From positions 2,112,001 to 2,176,000 of the forward strand of contig CAVTTL010000001.1 of NCBI GenBank assembly GCA_963737635.1: DNA of 64,000 nt, given 5' to 3'. Positions 9,423-20,005 of the stretch are shown one piece after another. The stretch is from an uncultured Methanoregulaceae archaeon (lineage in GTDB: Archaea; Halobacteriota; Methanomicrobia; Methanomicrobiales; Methanospirillaceae). The stretch's first letter is position 1; each line of letters begins with the position of its first letter. A model generated the notes under the pieces. It had not been told where the DNA came from. It saw nothing but the letters and a program-made list of their open reading frames with translations, and did no database searches. The translations under genes were made by a program, and so were the position numbers.

Positions 9423-10425
9423 GGAGGTCACCAAAGAGCATATCAAACATTTCTTTGTTCATTCCCCGTACGGAAAAGCCTTTCATGAGGTCCTGCCGGA
9501 TGTGTTCGACCAGCGGTTCGTCAATCACGACGGTACGGTGGGCGTCCAGCAACGGATAGGGATACCCCGGGACCCGCCCATCGTCGGCGCAGGAGGCAAT
9601 GGCACGCATGATCGTCTCGACCGTCTGTAAATCGGTACCGGCAGGCACTTCCAGTTTGAAAGGGACGTTTTTGGCGGGGTGGAAGGAGGCCACGTAGAGG
9701 TCTCCCAGCCGGTCCGGGTTGTCACTGGTAGTAAGGAGCCCGTCAGGGATCTTTACCCACCACGGGCCGGTTTTGCCATACTTCTGCGCGAGTCCGGCCA
9801 TTGCGGGAAGAAGCGGATGCACCCCTCCCCACTTGGCATTGGTCCGTTTTGCGATGCCGGCAAGGAGTATCCCCCGGCTTTGGGCCGTGTGGATAATTTC
9901 CTTCAGGACAGGATCATGGTTCGCATTCGTGACCCGCAATATCCCGTCAAGGAGAAGGAGCGATCCCGCCGGGAGTTCCCGGGCCTGGGAAAGGGCCACC
10001 CCGTATTCAAGAGTGTCACGGAGAGCCTCAGATACCCGTTTGGTATCGTTGTTTTTCAGGACGGTGTCGGGAGATCTGCCAAAACACTCCTGCATAAGGA
10101 GAGGGAAATCCGGATTTACCTTGTCCGGGCCGACAGTGACAACCCGTAAGGGGGTGATCGCCCGGGAGAGACGTTCACCCCCGGAAAACGTGGTCTGGAC
10201 CGCACGGATCGCAACAAGGGCAAAACTTCCCGATTCTGCAATGGTCGCGTTGCTCCCGTCAATGGCAGAGACAATGCCCCGGTATTCCCCGGTGATGGGG
10301 TGGAAGTCCTGTGCGGCGATCTTACTCTCCTCGGCAAATTCCCCGACCAGATCGCCACCGACCTGCCGGTAAATCTGGTCGAGCACATGGGTGACGGACG
10401 CTTCGTAGGCAGGGTCGGTCGGCAT
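9400..10425 (-). CDS. nurA: NurA 5'-3' nuclease
   Basis: AIDGS, LLLDG, GIAKR and GYPYPLLDAH..V motifs; operon context. Confidence 0.92.
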   Translation of the reverse strand: MPTDPAYEASVTHVLDQIYRQVGGDLVGEFAEESKIAAQDFHPITGEYRGIVSAIDGSNATIAESGSFALVAIRAVQTTFSGGERLSRAITPLRVVTVGPDKVNPDFPLLMQECFGRSPDTVLKNNDTKRVSEALRDTLEYGVALSQARELPAGSLLLLDGILRVTNANHDPVLKEIIHTAQSRGILLAGIAKRTNAKWGGVHPLLPAMAGLAQKYGKTGPWWVKIPDGLLTTSDNPDRLGDLYVASFHPAKNVPFKLEVPAGTDLQTVETIMRAIASCADDGRVPGYPYPLLDAHRTVVIDEPLVEHIRQDLMKGFSVRGMNKEMFDMLFGDLHDEFERY

Positions 10426-12864
10426 TATTCCACCACCTTGACCCGGCTTGCCAGATCGCTGCCCATCTCGACCACGAGCGTCGTTTCGAACTCGCCCTGC
10501 ATCTCCGGGATATGAGAGATGAGGAGGATCTGCGGGAACCGGGACTCCTGGGTTCTGAGCGCGGTGAGGAGATTGTTTCTCCGCTCTTCGTCCTGGCTCC
10601 CGAAGATCTCGTCGAAGATGAGCAGGGTGCTCTCGTGGACGTTGTGGAGCTCGGCAAGGTACCGGGAGAGGGCGATCCTGAGGGCGACTGCGATGTCGTC
10701 CTGTTCGCCGCCGCTGAACCGGTCGATGGCATAGTCATCATCCACATCACGGACGAGGAGGTTGAAGTCTTCGTCAAGGAGCACCTGCTCGTACCGGCCA
10801 CCGGTGATCTCGCCGACGATGCGGCTGACCTCGCCCTCGATCCGGCTCCGGACAACCTGCATAAGATAGATGACGTACTGGGCGATGATGAACCGGGTCA
10901 GTTTCAGGAGATCGATCTCTTCTGAGGCGGCTGTGATCCGTGTTTCGAGCTCCGCGGTCTTTGCCCGCTCCTTTTTGATCGTTGCGATCTTTTCTTCTGC
11001 GTGCCGCACCTGTTCTGCAGCCCGGGCAAGACCGGTGTCTGTCTGCCGCTGGGCTGTCGTGATCGTGGTGAGTTCGGCGTCCAGTGCGGTCCCTGTGGCC
11101 GGATCGAAGGGGCTCGCGGCAATCGCTGCTTCTGCCTCTACCTGTGCAGTTGCGTTCTCCGTCATCCGCACGGTTACGGCCGCAAGCTGTTTCTGCACTT
11201 CGCCGGCCTGTGCCAGCTGCCGGGCAAGCTCGTTGTACCGTACCTGTACCTTTTCGAGTCCCGCGACCGCCTTTTCCACTGCGGCGAATGCTGCCGGATC
11301 GAAGTGTAAGGCGGCTATTCTTTCGGCAAGTTCCCGGCCGGCTGCCTCCTTCTCCTGCAGGGTTTTGAGGAGATCCGCAAGATCCTTATCGATGCTCTCG
11401 CGCTGCCTCTCCGATTCGATGCAGCTCCGGAGAGCGGCCAGTTTGGGGGCAATGCCGTCGAGCGTGGCCTTCTCTTTGGTGAGTTTCTCCTGAGCGGCGA
11501 GGATGGTGACCGCCTCATCCTGGATGGCTTCAAGCTGCGAAGCAAACTCTTTTTCAATCGCCGGGTAATGCGCCCCGAGTTTCTGCCGACAGAGGGGGCA
11601 GGTGCCCTCCGGCCCGGCGGCTTCGAGAGCCTTCTGGTCAGCAAGGAGTTTTTCCCGGTCTTTTTCGAGGCGCTCCTGCCGTGCAGCATACGTCCCGATC
11701 GAGCGGTTGACCTCCTGGATTTTGGCAGCAGCGAGGGTGTCGAGGTTGGCATCCGGAACCGCACCGACGATCTTTAGTGCAGCCCGGATCTCTGCCCGGA
11801 GTGTTCCTGCTTTTTCTGCGTCTTTGTCGAACGTGGCGACCTGTTCCCGGTGCCTGGCGATCCGTTTGGTAAGGTCCGCATGCTCACGGCTCGCAAACTG
11901 CTGCTCGGCAGCGAGCCGGTCGGCATGTGCCTTCTGCTCTCTCATGCATTCGAGCTGTTTCTTCTTCTCCGGGTATGCTGCCACTTCCCCTTCGAGTTTA
12001 TGGAACTCCTGTTCCTGTGCGGAAAGGGTAGAAAGCCGGTGTTTGAGCTCGTCCTGTTGCTTCCTGAGACCGGCCAGCTCCCGGACAAGGGCGTTCTTCT
12101 TCTCGGTGAGCCGGGCATGCTCGACCTTGTGTGCGGTGAAGTCCCGGATCGCGTTCTCGATCCCGGCTTTTTTCTCTGCATAGGTTGACCGTGCCGCTTC
12201 GAGCGTTGCGATCCCTTTTTTTGTCTCCGCGATCGCGGTCTGGAGCCGGCTCGAGTTCCTCCGGGTCCTGTCGCTCCTGGAGACCCACGAGTTCTCCTTC
12301 CAGCAGCCGGAGATCGCATTCTGCGACATCGACCCGATCCTTGAGGCACTTCTGGCTCTCGGTGCTGAGGTAATCGATGCCGAGCGCTTTTAAGAACCAC
12401 TCTTTTCTTTTCCCCGGGGTGGTCTCTAAGAGTGTCAAAAGGTCTTTCTGGCCGGCGTAGATGGTGTTTTTGAAATCGACCGGGCCCATGCCAAGCGTCC
12501 GGCGCACCTCGGTCTCGACCGGCCCGATACCTTTTGCCCGGAGATGGCCGTCTTTGTAGAACTCGGCATCGTGCTGGACGGCCTTTCCTTTTTTGAACGT
12601 CCTGACGACTGCATACTTCTCCCCGCCCACGGAGAAGTCGAGCCTGACTTCGCACCGGTCTTTGGGTGAGGCAAACGAGGAGACGATGTGGTCGGGTGCA
12701 ATGCCGGTTGCCTGCACACCGTAGAGGGCAAAGAAGATGGCCTGGACGATGCTCGACTTGCCGGTGCCGTTGTTCCCGAGGATACCGGTGATACCGTCCG
12801 AGAACTCGATGGTCTCGTGCCGGAACCGTTTGAAGTTCTTGAGGACGAGCCGGTCAATGATCAT
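10425..12864 (-). CDS. rad50: Rad50 SMC-like ATPase, split by a single-base frameshift near 12252
   Basis: N-half: Walker A GNNGTGKSS and Q-loop; C-half: coiled coil, zinc hook CPLC, signature FSGGE, Walker B LLIFDE. Frames join at ...DPEEL / RLQTAIAE. Confidence 0.9.
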
Positions 12865-14002
12865 CAGGGGCCTCCCGGTGCTGGTCCATGACCTCGGCAA
12901 GCACGGTTCTACCGGTCCGGGCTACGAACTCCTTTTGCTTTGCGCCGAGCTGCTGTTTGTCCACGAACGTCCCGAACTCGGTGAGGTAATCGATCGCCCG
13001 GACATCCTGCTGGAGTGCCACCGGTGTGTCTTCTCCGGCGGTAACGACCCGGATCTTGAGGTCTAAGAGCTGTTCTTTGATGGGGGCGAGGGCACGCAGG
13101 TCGATGCCTCTCCCATGCTCCCGGGAGATGCCGTCCAGGGTGATCTGCACGAGGGAGAACGGTTCGGGGCACTTTTTCTGTACCCGCTGGATGATTTCTT
13201 CTGTTATTTCAGCTACGTGGCGGTCGGCGCAGGCGATAGTGCCGCAGTCGTACATAGAGGTCCGGGGCAGGTCAAGGTGGTCGACGGTGCGTTGTGCGGG
13301 GTCGACGACGAGGCCGCCCTTGGTGTCCCGGATCTCGCCGTACGTGAGGTATTCGGTGGAGCCGGAGTACCACGCGTTCTCCGCGATCTGTGACTGGTTG
13401 TGGTAGTGGCCAAGCGCGATGTAATCGAAGTCGGCCGAGAGGATGGTGTTGTCGAGCTCGTGCTCAGCAACGGTTGCGAGGCGCTTGTCCTTGATTGCCG
13501 TTGCAAGGCCATGGGTGACAAGCACGTTGTTCCGGCCTTTCATGAGTTCGACCTGATCGTAGGCAGTACGGTAGTCTTCGGGCCGGAGCATGTTCGGGAT
13601 CAGGTGGAAGATCGTGTCACCGATCTCCACTTTTTCATATCTGAAGGAATATGCAGCGTGAATTTCTGCGGGGTGGTAGGCGAGGACGGCGAGCGGGGAG
13701 GTGGTGTACCGGGTCTTGACCATGCTGTGGTTGCCGGTGACGATCACGAGGGGAATGCCTGCCTCGCCGAGTCGTGTGAGCGCATCGAGGACGGTGGTGT
13801 AGGCCTTGGTCTTAGGCTTGACGGTATCGAAAAGGTCGCCCGCATGGACAAGCACGTCCGGTTTTTCCCGGATGATGTGGTCGATCGCAGCAAGGAAGTT
13901 GTCGTAGATCTGCTTCTCGCGCAGGTTCATCCCCGAGTCCGGGTCGAGGCGGGAAAATGCGGAGAGGCCGAGATGCGTGTCTGCGATATGGACGAGCTTC
14001 AT
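12854..14002 (-). CDS. mre11: Mre11/SbcD DNA repair nuclease
   Basis: Metallophosphoesterase motifs ADTHLG, AGDLFD, GNH, THG, ALGHYH and YSGS. Confidence 0.95.
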   Translation of the reverse strand: MKLVHIADTHLGLSAFSRLDPDSGMNLREKQIYDNFLAAIDHIIREKPDVLVHAGDLFDTVKPKTKAYTTVLDALTRLGEAGIPLVIVTGNHSMVKTRYTTSPLAVLAYHPAEIHAAYSFRYEKVEIGDTIFHLIPNMLRPEDYRTAYDQVELMKGRNNVLVTHGLATAIKDKRLATVAEHELDNTILSADFDYIALGHYHNQSQIAENAWYSGSTEYLTYGEIRDTKGGLVVDPAQRTVDHLDLPRTSMYDCGTIACADRHVAEITEEIIQRVQKKCPEPFSLVQITLDGISREHGRGIDLRALAPIKEQLLDLKIRVVTAGEDTPVALQQDVRAIDYLTEFGTFVDKQQLGAKQKEFVARTGRTVLAEVMDQHREAPDDH

Positions 14003-14078
14003 TCTCTTAGGTTTTTAGTTGGGGTGTGCAGGCATATAAGGGGAAGGGGGGGACGGTGAAAATAAGAAACTGCCCCCT

Positions 14079-14897
14079 TCACTTCCCCTTACCGATCAAC
14101 CGGACATTCACATCTTCGGTAAGCAGGGTCATCTGATGGATGGCAATCGCGTTGAGTTTTACCAAGCGCTCGGGTTGCAAAAGGTTGTCGCTGATGAAAT
14201 GGGCGTTGAGATTTTCAAGGTTTGAGAGGCAGACAAGCTGCGAAATGTCTGCATAATCCCGGATATTGCCTTTTTTGTCCGGGTTTTTCTCCCGCCACTC
14301 TTTTGCACTTGTACCAAACAAGGCCATGTTGAGGACATCGGCTTCAGATGCATAAATCGCGTTGATCTGCGGTTTTGTTAGTTCTGGTGGGATCAGGTTT
14401 TCCCGTACTGCATCGGTGTGAATCCGATAATTGATCTTCGCGAGGTTGCGCCGGATATCCCAGCCAAGTTGCTTGCGTTCATCCTCCTTGAGGCGCTGGA
14501 ATTCCTTGATGAGATAGAGTTTAAATTCAACGGAGATCCATGAAGCGAATTCGAACGCAATATCCTTGTGGGCGAATGTGCCGCCATACCGTCCCGGTTT
14601 TGCCATGATGCCCCGGGCATGGGTCTTTTCAACCCACTGCCGTGCCGACAGGATAAAACTGTTGAGCCCGGCCTGTTTTCTAATCACATCGAATTCGATG
14701 TGATTAAAATCCGGATTGTTAAGCTGCTCCCATATACCAAGAAACTCTATGGTGTTGCGATTCCGAAGCCAGTTCTGGATGAGGTAATCCGTCCTATCGG
14801 GATCCTTGTACCGAGCAATATCCGTGATGCAGATATAATCTTCATCGTTCTGCACGAACACTCCAACTTCCCTGTCAAGGACATTCATTTTTGTCAT
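14079..14897 (-). CDS. KilA-N domain DNA-binding protein
   Basis: DYICITDIAR, NWLRNRNTIEFLGIWE and GRYGGTFAHKDIAFEFASWIS are typical of KilA-N proteins. Confidence 0.9.
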   Translation of the reverse strand: MTKMNVLDREVGVFVQNDEDYICITDIARYKDPDRTDYLIQNWLRNRNTIEFLGIWEQLNNPDFNHIEFDVIRKQAGLNSFILSARQWVEKTHARGIMAKPGRYGGTFAHKDIAFEFASWISVEFKLYLIKEFQRLKEDERKQLGWDIRRNLAKINYRIHTDAVRENLIPPELTKPQINAIYASEADVLNMALFGTSAKEWREKNPDKKGNIRDYADISQLVCLSNLENLNAHFISDNLLQPERLVKLNAIAIHQMTLLTEDVNVRLIGKGK

Positions 14898-15004
14898 TAT
14901 TTCCCGCCATTTTCACACGTGAAACGTTCACGAGTGAATCCTGTATGCCGGCATATTCGTAAGGGTTTGATAAAAAGGGCTTAGCGCGAGGTGTGAAACT
15001 GTTG

Positions 15005-15113
15005 GGGAAAACAGAGAGGCCGAGGTGCGTGTCTGCGATGTGGACGAGCTTCATTCTCTTAGGCGTTTGGTTGGGGTTTGCCGGCATATATGAGGGAGAG
15101 GAGGGCCGTGAAA
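15005..15113 (-). repeat. Partial duplicate of mre11 promoter and first ~16 codons
   Basis: Encodes MKLVHIADTHLGLSVF and retains the upstream sequence of real mre11 (14003-14062) to the GTGAAA boundary. Confidence 0.9.
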
Positions 15114-15135
15114 TGTACCGATCCGGGCCGAAACA

Positions 15136-16434
15136 TTACCGGCTCTCTTTTTCCGCGAGAAGCCACTTCCAGAGCGGGATGCAGGTGATCTCTCCTTTTG
15201 TTGCCTCGTAATCTTTTGTCAAGATGACAAGTTCGCGCACTGTGTCGGGAAATGTCCTGGCGAATTCTTTGAGGCCTTCATACTCCCGGGCAGGGATCTC
15301 GTCGCTGTAGCAGACATTGATCGCAGAGAGGGAATTGTCCTTAGCTTTGGTAACGAAGTCTACTTCACGGTCCCCTTTCCAGTAGTACGGGGCAAGGCCC
15401 GACCGCATCAGTTCGATGCAGACGAGGTTCTCGGCAAGTTTTCCTTCGTCTTCACTGAATTTGAAGGAGACCGCATTTCTCAGGCCGTTGTCGATGCAGT
15501 AGATCTTCCTGTTCTGCCGCGCCTGCACCTGGAGCGAATACGAAAATACCGGTACTTCGAACAGGATTTTTGCCATCCCGGCGAAGTGAATATAATCCCG
15601 GATTGTATCGACATCGATCCCGAGCGATTCCCTGAGACGGCGGTACCAGTACGGGGCGGCGATGTTGCTAAGAAGGTACTGGAGGAGCCCGGCAAGGGCT
15701 TTCTGGTTCCTTACCACGTTTGCCCGAACGATGTCCCGGTACACGATGCTGTCGTAATAGGCACGGAGATAGTCCTGCTTTGTATGTTCGTCCTGCTGGA
15801 GTACGACAATGGGAAAGCCGCCTTCGCGAAGGTACTGCCTCAACAGGACCGTGATCTCGTACTTCTGCGCTGCACGACCGGCGGCGTCACTGGGTGCGAC
15901 GATGGCGTGGAACTGGAGGTACTCGACGAAATCCAGCGGGAAAACGGGAACGGAAAGGTACCGGCCTGAAAGAAGAGTGGATACCTGAGAATCGAGGAGG
16001 TACGACGAGGATCCGGACAGGATGATCCGGTAGGTTTTTTTGTCGTACAGCGCCTTTATTTCCTGTTCCCAGCCTTCGATTGCCTGGATTTCGTCAAAGA
16101 CCAGGTATATCGTGCCTCTGGCTGCAACCTCCCTGCGGTACGCGTCGACGGCTTCGGACAGCGCGTTCGTATTGCCTGCGATGCCAGGCTCGTCGCAGTT
16201 GACAAAGAGGATGTTTTCTTTTGGTACCCGCTCTTTTTTCATGAGCATCCGGATGGTCTGGAAGAGAAGCGTGGTCTTTCCCGAACGACGGACGCCGCTC
16301 AGCACGACGATCTCGCCGGTTTTTACAAAACGGGCGATCGTTTTGAGATATTTCTGCCGCTCCCGACCGGTATCGAACGGCCGGCCGGTCCACCACGGGT
16401 TCTGGTCTGCGAGGATCTCGAAGAGTGTTGCCAC
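15136..16434 (-). CDS. AAA+ ATPase (AAA_14 + DUF4143 type)
   Basis: QNPWW, Walker A GVRRSGKT, FDEIQ, SGSS, LSGR, GGFP, KIYCIDNGL, EN, EVDF motifs. Confidence 0.9.
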   Translation of the reverse strand: MATLFEILADQNPWWTGRPFDTGRERQKYLKTIARFVKTGEIVVLSGVRRSGKTTLLFQTIRMLMKKERVPKENILFVNCDEPGIAGNTNALSEAVDAYRREVAARGTIYLVFDEIQAIEGWEQEIKALYDKKTYRIILSGSSSYLLDSQVSTLLSGRYLSVPVFPLDFVEYLQFHAIVAPSDAAGRAAQKYEITVLLRQYLREGGFPIVVLQQDEHTKQDYLRAYYDSIVYRDIVRANVVRNQKALAGLLQYLLSNIAAPYWYRRLRESLGIDVDTIRDYIHFAGMAKILFEVPVFSYSLQVQARQNRKIYCIDNGLRNAVSFKFSEDEGKLAENLVCIELMRSGLAPYYWKGDREVDFVTKAKDNSLSAINVCYSDEIPAREYEGLKEFARTFPDTVRELVILTKDYEATKGEITCIPLWKWLLAEKESR

Positions 16435-16446
16435 ACTATTGTGTAA

Positions 16447-16524
16447 GGTTATAACCCCTTATAAATGTTGGTTTGTGAGGGATTATAACCCGACACTTTT
16501 CTGGAAATATGAGGGGGTATAACC
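16447..16524. promoter_or_regulatory. Three GNNTATAACC boxes at exact 34-bp spacing upstream of the ATPase
   Basis: GGTTATAACC 16447, GATTATAACC 16481, GGGTATAACC 16515; the first is a perfect palindrome. Confidence 0.6.
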
Positions 16525-16545
16525 GGACACTATCAACTGTTTTTT

Positions 16546-16602
16546 GATGATCCGGTCGATCGCAGCGAGGAAGTTATCGTAGATCTGCTTCCTCGCGCAG
16601 GT
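16546..16602 (-). repeat. Internal mre11 5' fragment (codons ~28-46)
   Basis: Reads LRE(+1 base)KQIYDNFLAAIDRII versus LREKQIYDNFLAAIDHII in mre11; begins 1 bp after the serine hydrolase stop. Confidence 0.88.
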
Positions 16603-16603
16603 A

Positions 16604-18201
16604 TCAGGAGGAGATCCGGACAAAGGTCCCGTTTCTGCCCGGCATTTCGAACTGCGTGAACCAGACGCTGGTTGCTGTCCCGCTGTTTCCCACCGTGAAA
16701 TTCACTGCGGTGTCGGTTGAGGTATCGTTGAAGGTGTCCCCGTCATACGGGATAAGGAGGAACGGCGTGGTGGCATGGCCCGGGTACACGAGGAGCCCCG
16801 TTGCGTTCGAATCGATCCGTAAAGTACCGTAATAGTCCTGCGAATATGAACCGCTGTAGGCTGCAAGGGCCCGGGTGGGCTTTGCATCTGCCGGTGCAGG
16901 CGGGAGCTCTTGATACGGGCTTAAGACTGACGATCCCGGCTGCATTGCAGCGTTGATCTGATCCTCCGATACGCTGTACCAGTCCTTTTGGATCGCTCCC
17001 GTAAAGTACAGGTCATCCCATCCTTTCGTTATCGCATTTTTAAGGATGTACCCTCCGGGAAAGCCATTTGTCAGGACCACGATACTCATATTCTCTGCCG
17101 GGTAGAGCACAATATAGTTCGAGACTCCCTGTGTCCCGTCGCCGCCATGTTCAACCCGGACCCTCCCGTTTCCGGCGATAACCTCCCATCCGAGACCGTA
17201 TGCGGTAATACCGGCATTGTTCGATGTAATGATATTCTGGGCTCTGTGAGTCTCCATGAGTGCATCGGAACCGATCACGTGCTTCCCGTCAATGGCTCCG
17301 TTGTTGAGTTGAAGTCGGGCATAGCGGGCCATATCGTTGATGGTCGAGCTCACCCCACCGGCAGGACTGGTCACGTCCTCATTCATGAGGGGGGCTGCTT
17401 TCGGAGTCCCGTTTACCACGACATAGGTATCCGCATGGTTTCCTGATGTGGCAAAATCGGCAAACCGGGCGCTCGTGTTGTACATCCCGGCAGGGACAAA
17501 GACCCGTTCCGCAACAAGATCTTCCCACGGTTGTCCTGCTTTCATGGAAGCAGCCTCTGCCGCCACCGTGATGCCGATATCTGAATACGCGTAGGATGAG
17601 CGAAAGGCTCCCGTCAGCCCCAGGTACCGCAGCCTGCCGATGATCTCGGACCGGTTGTACCCGAATGTATACTGGAGATCTTGCCCTGCATATTCCGGAA
17701 GCCCGGTCCGGTGAGACAGCAGATCGCGGATGGTGACGTGGTCGGTTACCCAGGGGTCCGACAGCTGGAACCCAGGGTCCAGCGATACGACCGGTTCGTC
17801 CCACGACAGCTCGCCATCACCGACCATGGATGCGATCGAAGCTGAGGCAAAGGACTTCGAGACAGACTCGAGCTGGAATCGGGTGTCCGGCGTGATCGGT
17901 GCCCCGGTCGTGATGTTTCTCACTCCAAAGCACCGGAGGTAGACAACCGTATCGTTCTGCACGATGACAACTGCCATTCCCGGAACGCCGCTTTTGACAA
18001 AGTTCTGTTCCGCATAGGCATCGAACTGCGGTATGACGGCGCTGATAGTGGATGCACCGGGAGCCACGGCAGGCGTATTTGCATTCAGGCATGGTGCCGG
18101 CTGGGCCGCATGAGACGAGACACAGCCGGAGAAAAGAGAGTACCGGCCACAAGGAAAGCAGCAAGAAACAGGAATGCGTGTTGCCGGGAGCGGATTTTCA
18201 T
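16604..18201 (-). CDS. Secreted/lipoprotein serine hydrolase (beta-lactamase/AmpC fold, DUF3471-like C-terminus); frameshift in signal region near 18135
   Basis: SxxK (SVSK), LLSHRTGL, YSD and HGG motifs; upstream MKIRSRQHAFLFLAAFLVAG...FSGC signal/lipobox joins after one indel. Confidence 0.85.
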
Positions 18202-18249
18202 AAAAGGGACGTTGAAGTTCTTTTCAAAAAAACATTGCCTTTCGCGCTC

Positions 18250-18422
18250 GCGAGGAAGTTATAGTAGATCTGCTTCTCGCGCAGATTCATCCCCGTGTCC
18301 GGGTCGAGTCGGGAAAATGCGGAGAGGCCGAGATGGGTATCTGTGATGTGGACGAGCTTCATTCTCTTAGGTTTTTAGTTGGGGTATGCAGGCGTATAAG
18401 GGGGGAGGAGAGGACGGTGAAA
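18250..18422 (-). repeat. Partial duplicate of mre11 promoter and first ~38 codons
   Basis: MKLVHITDTHLGLSAFSRLDPDTGMNLREKQIYYNFLA plus a near-identical upstream region ending at GGACGGTGAAA. Confidence 0.93.
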
Positions 18423-18688
18423 CTCAAGAAAGGTTGTAGATTACTGACAACAGATGATTTCCTGTTGAGTGATTTTTTAATTCAAAATAGGTAGTAAGGA
18501 AGCATATTTCGTAATTCTTGAATAGGAGTTAATGAAGTGTCGTACGTCATGAAAAATAACGAGTTTTGAAGAGCCCAGACTGTGGAAAACAATTTGAATC
18601 CATGTAAAATTTTAAACTTTAGAGGTTGTAAAATGAATTCAGATTTCGATAACTATAAATTTTTAACAAATTATCAATTATATTAAGA

Positions 18689-20005
18689 ATGGGTCAATTA
18701 AAATTACTCCACATAAGTGATATTCATTACTCCTCTAATGAAATTTATCAGACACCATCAGACTTAGAGGAGCTTAGTGAATATGTCTGGTCTGAATTAT
18801 CAATGGAAGAAAAGGTAAATTTGTCACAAATTTTAATCCGAAAAATTAAAAAGGCACTATATTTCCACATCGAGAAAGAAAAATTTCATTCAATCATAAT
18901 TTCAGGAGATTTATGCAACAAAGGATCATTAGAGGAATATAGCAATTGTCTAGATTATCTCACACTTCAATTTCAGAATTTCAGCAAAAAAATACGAAAA
19001 ATGGATGTGAAAATTGCTGCAGGAAATCATGATTTGATTTCTAATCTTCCATATAGTTCTAAAAATTTAAAAAAACGTTTTCTCCCTTTTTGTAATTTAC
19101 ACCGAAAAAAAGGTTTTCAAACATATGCCACCGATTCAATTAAATGTACTATTATCGAAGAAAATGCATGTAAAGTTTTATTAATAAATGTAAATTCATG
19201 TCTTGAATTTCGAAATCTAAAATTACTTACACCTGTTCAACAAAAGGCAATCAAATTAATGATATCTCAGTTAGGGGATCGAGCAGACTTAAATAAATTA
19301 CTCAATATTCCTTATATTAGTCCTCAATTAATAGATTCAATATCTAAAATAATTCAAAGTCGTGAGGATTGCTTTCCAATAATATTCACACATCACAACT
19401 TTCTTCGAATAGGCGGACCATTCAATCCAGACAGGGAGTTTGATGGAATAATAAATGAGGCGGAAATTTGTCAAAAACTAGAATCGCTTAATAGGCCGAT
19501 TTTGATCTTCCATGGGCATATCCACAATAATCGAGAACAAGAGCTCAATAGAGGAAAATCCAAACTAATTTTGTCTTCTGCGCCTCTCTTATTCCCACAC
19601 ATTAGTTTTTATAACGATGAAAAGATTGGGTTCAACATTGTGAACATTATTTTTGCAAATAATTTAAATCGAACGCCCCTCTGGTGTGAAATTGAGAATC
19701 ATCAAATCGAAGGATGCAACATTAACATTCTTCCGAAAAATATGATCAGGTTTTATGATTCCGCGGATGCGATTCAATTTTTATCGGAAAATGAAAAAAA
19801 TCTATTAATGTTTATAAATCAAATTGGAGCTGATGAACACTTAGATGTGATTTATCAAAAAATAAAAGGTAAAGGCATAGTGCATATTGATTTTACATTT
19901 GACGAGTTGATGGCCTCAATAAATCTCCTATTTGGTTTAAATCTGATAAAATTTAGAGAGAACAAAGTAAATCCAAATTCAAGTGTTGTTAGAGGGGTGT
20001 ATTAA
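18689..20005 (+). CDS. Calcineurin-like metallophosphoesterase (putative defence effector)
   Basis: HISDIH, SGDL, GNHD, HH and HGHIH motifs; very AT-rich DNA. Confidence 0.85.
   Translation: MGQLKLLHISDIHYSSNEIYQTPSDLEELSEYVWSELSMEEKVNLSQILIRKIKKALYFHIEKEKFHSIIISGDLCNKGSLEEYSNCLDYLTLQFQNFSKKIRKMDVKIAAGNHDLISNLPYSSKNLKKRFLPFCNLHRKKGFQTYATDSIKCTIIEENACKVLLINVNSCLEFRNLKLLTPVQQKAIKLMISQLGDRADLNKLLNIPYISPQLIDSISKIIQSREDCFPIIFTHHNFLRIGGPFNPDREFDGIINEAEICQKLESLNRPILIFHGHIHNNREQELNRGKSKLILSSAPLLFPHISFYNDEKIGFNIVNIIFANNLNRTPLWCEIENHQIEGCNINILPKNMIRFYDSADAIQFLSENEKNLLMFINQIGADEHLDVIYQKIKGKGIVHIDFTFDELMASINLLFGLNLIKFRENKVNPNSSVVRGVY

Noticed and set aside
12235-12265. Programmed frameshift in rad50
   Set aside because: No slippery heptamer at the junction, and many similar indels elsewhere point to assembly error.
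226-14059. Numerous overlapping or antisense ORFs in GC-rich genes
   Set aside because: Shadow frames of well-supported genes with no recognisable motifs.
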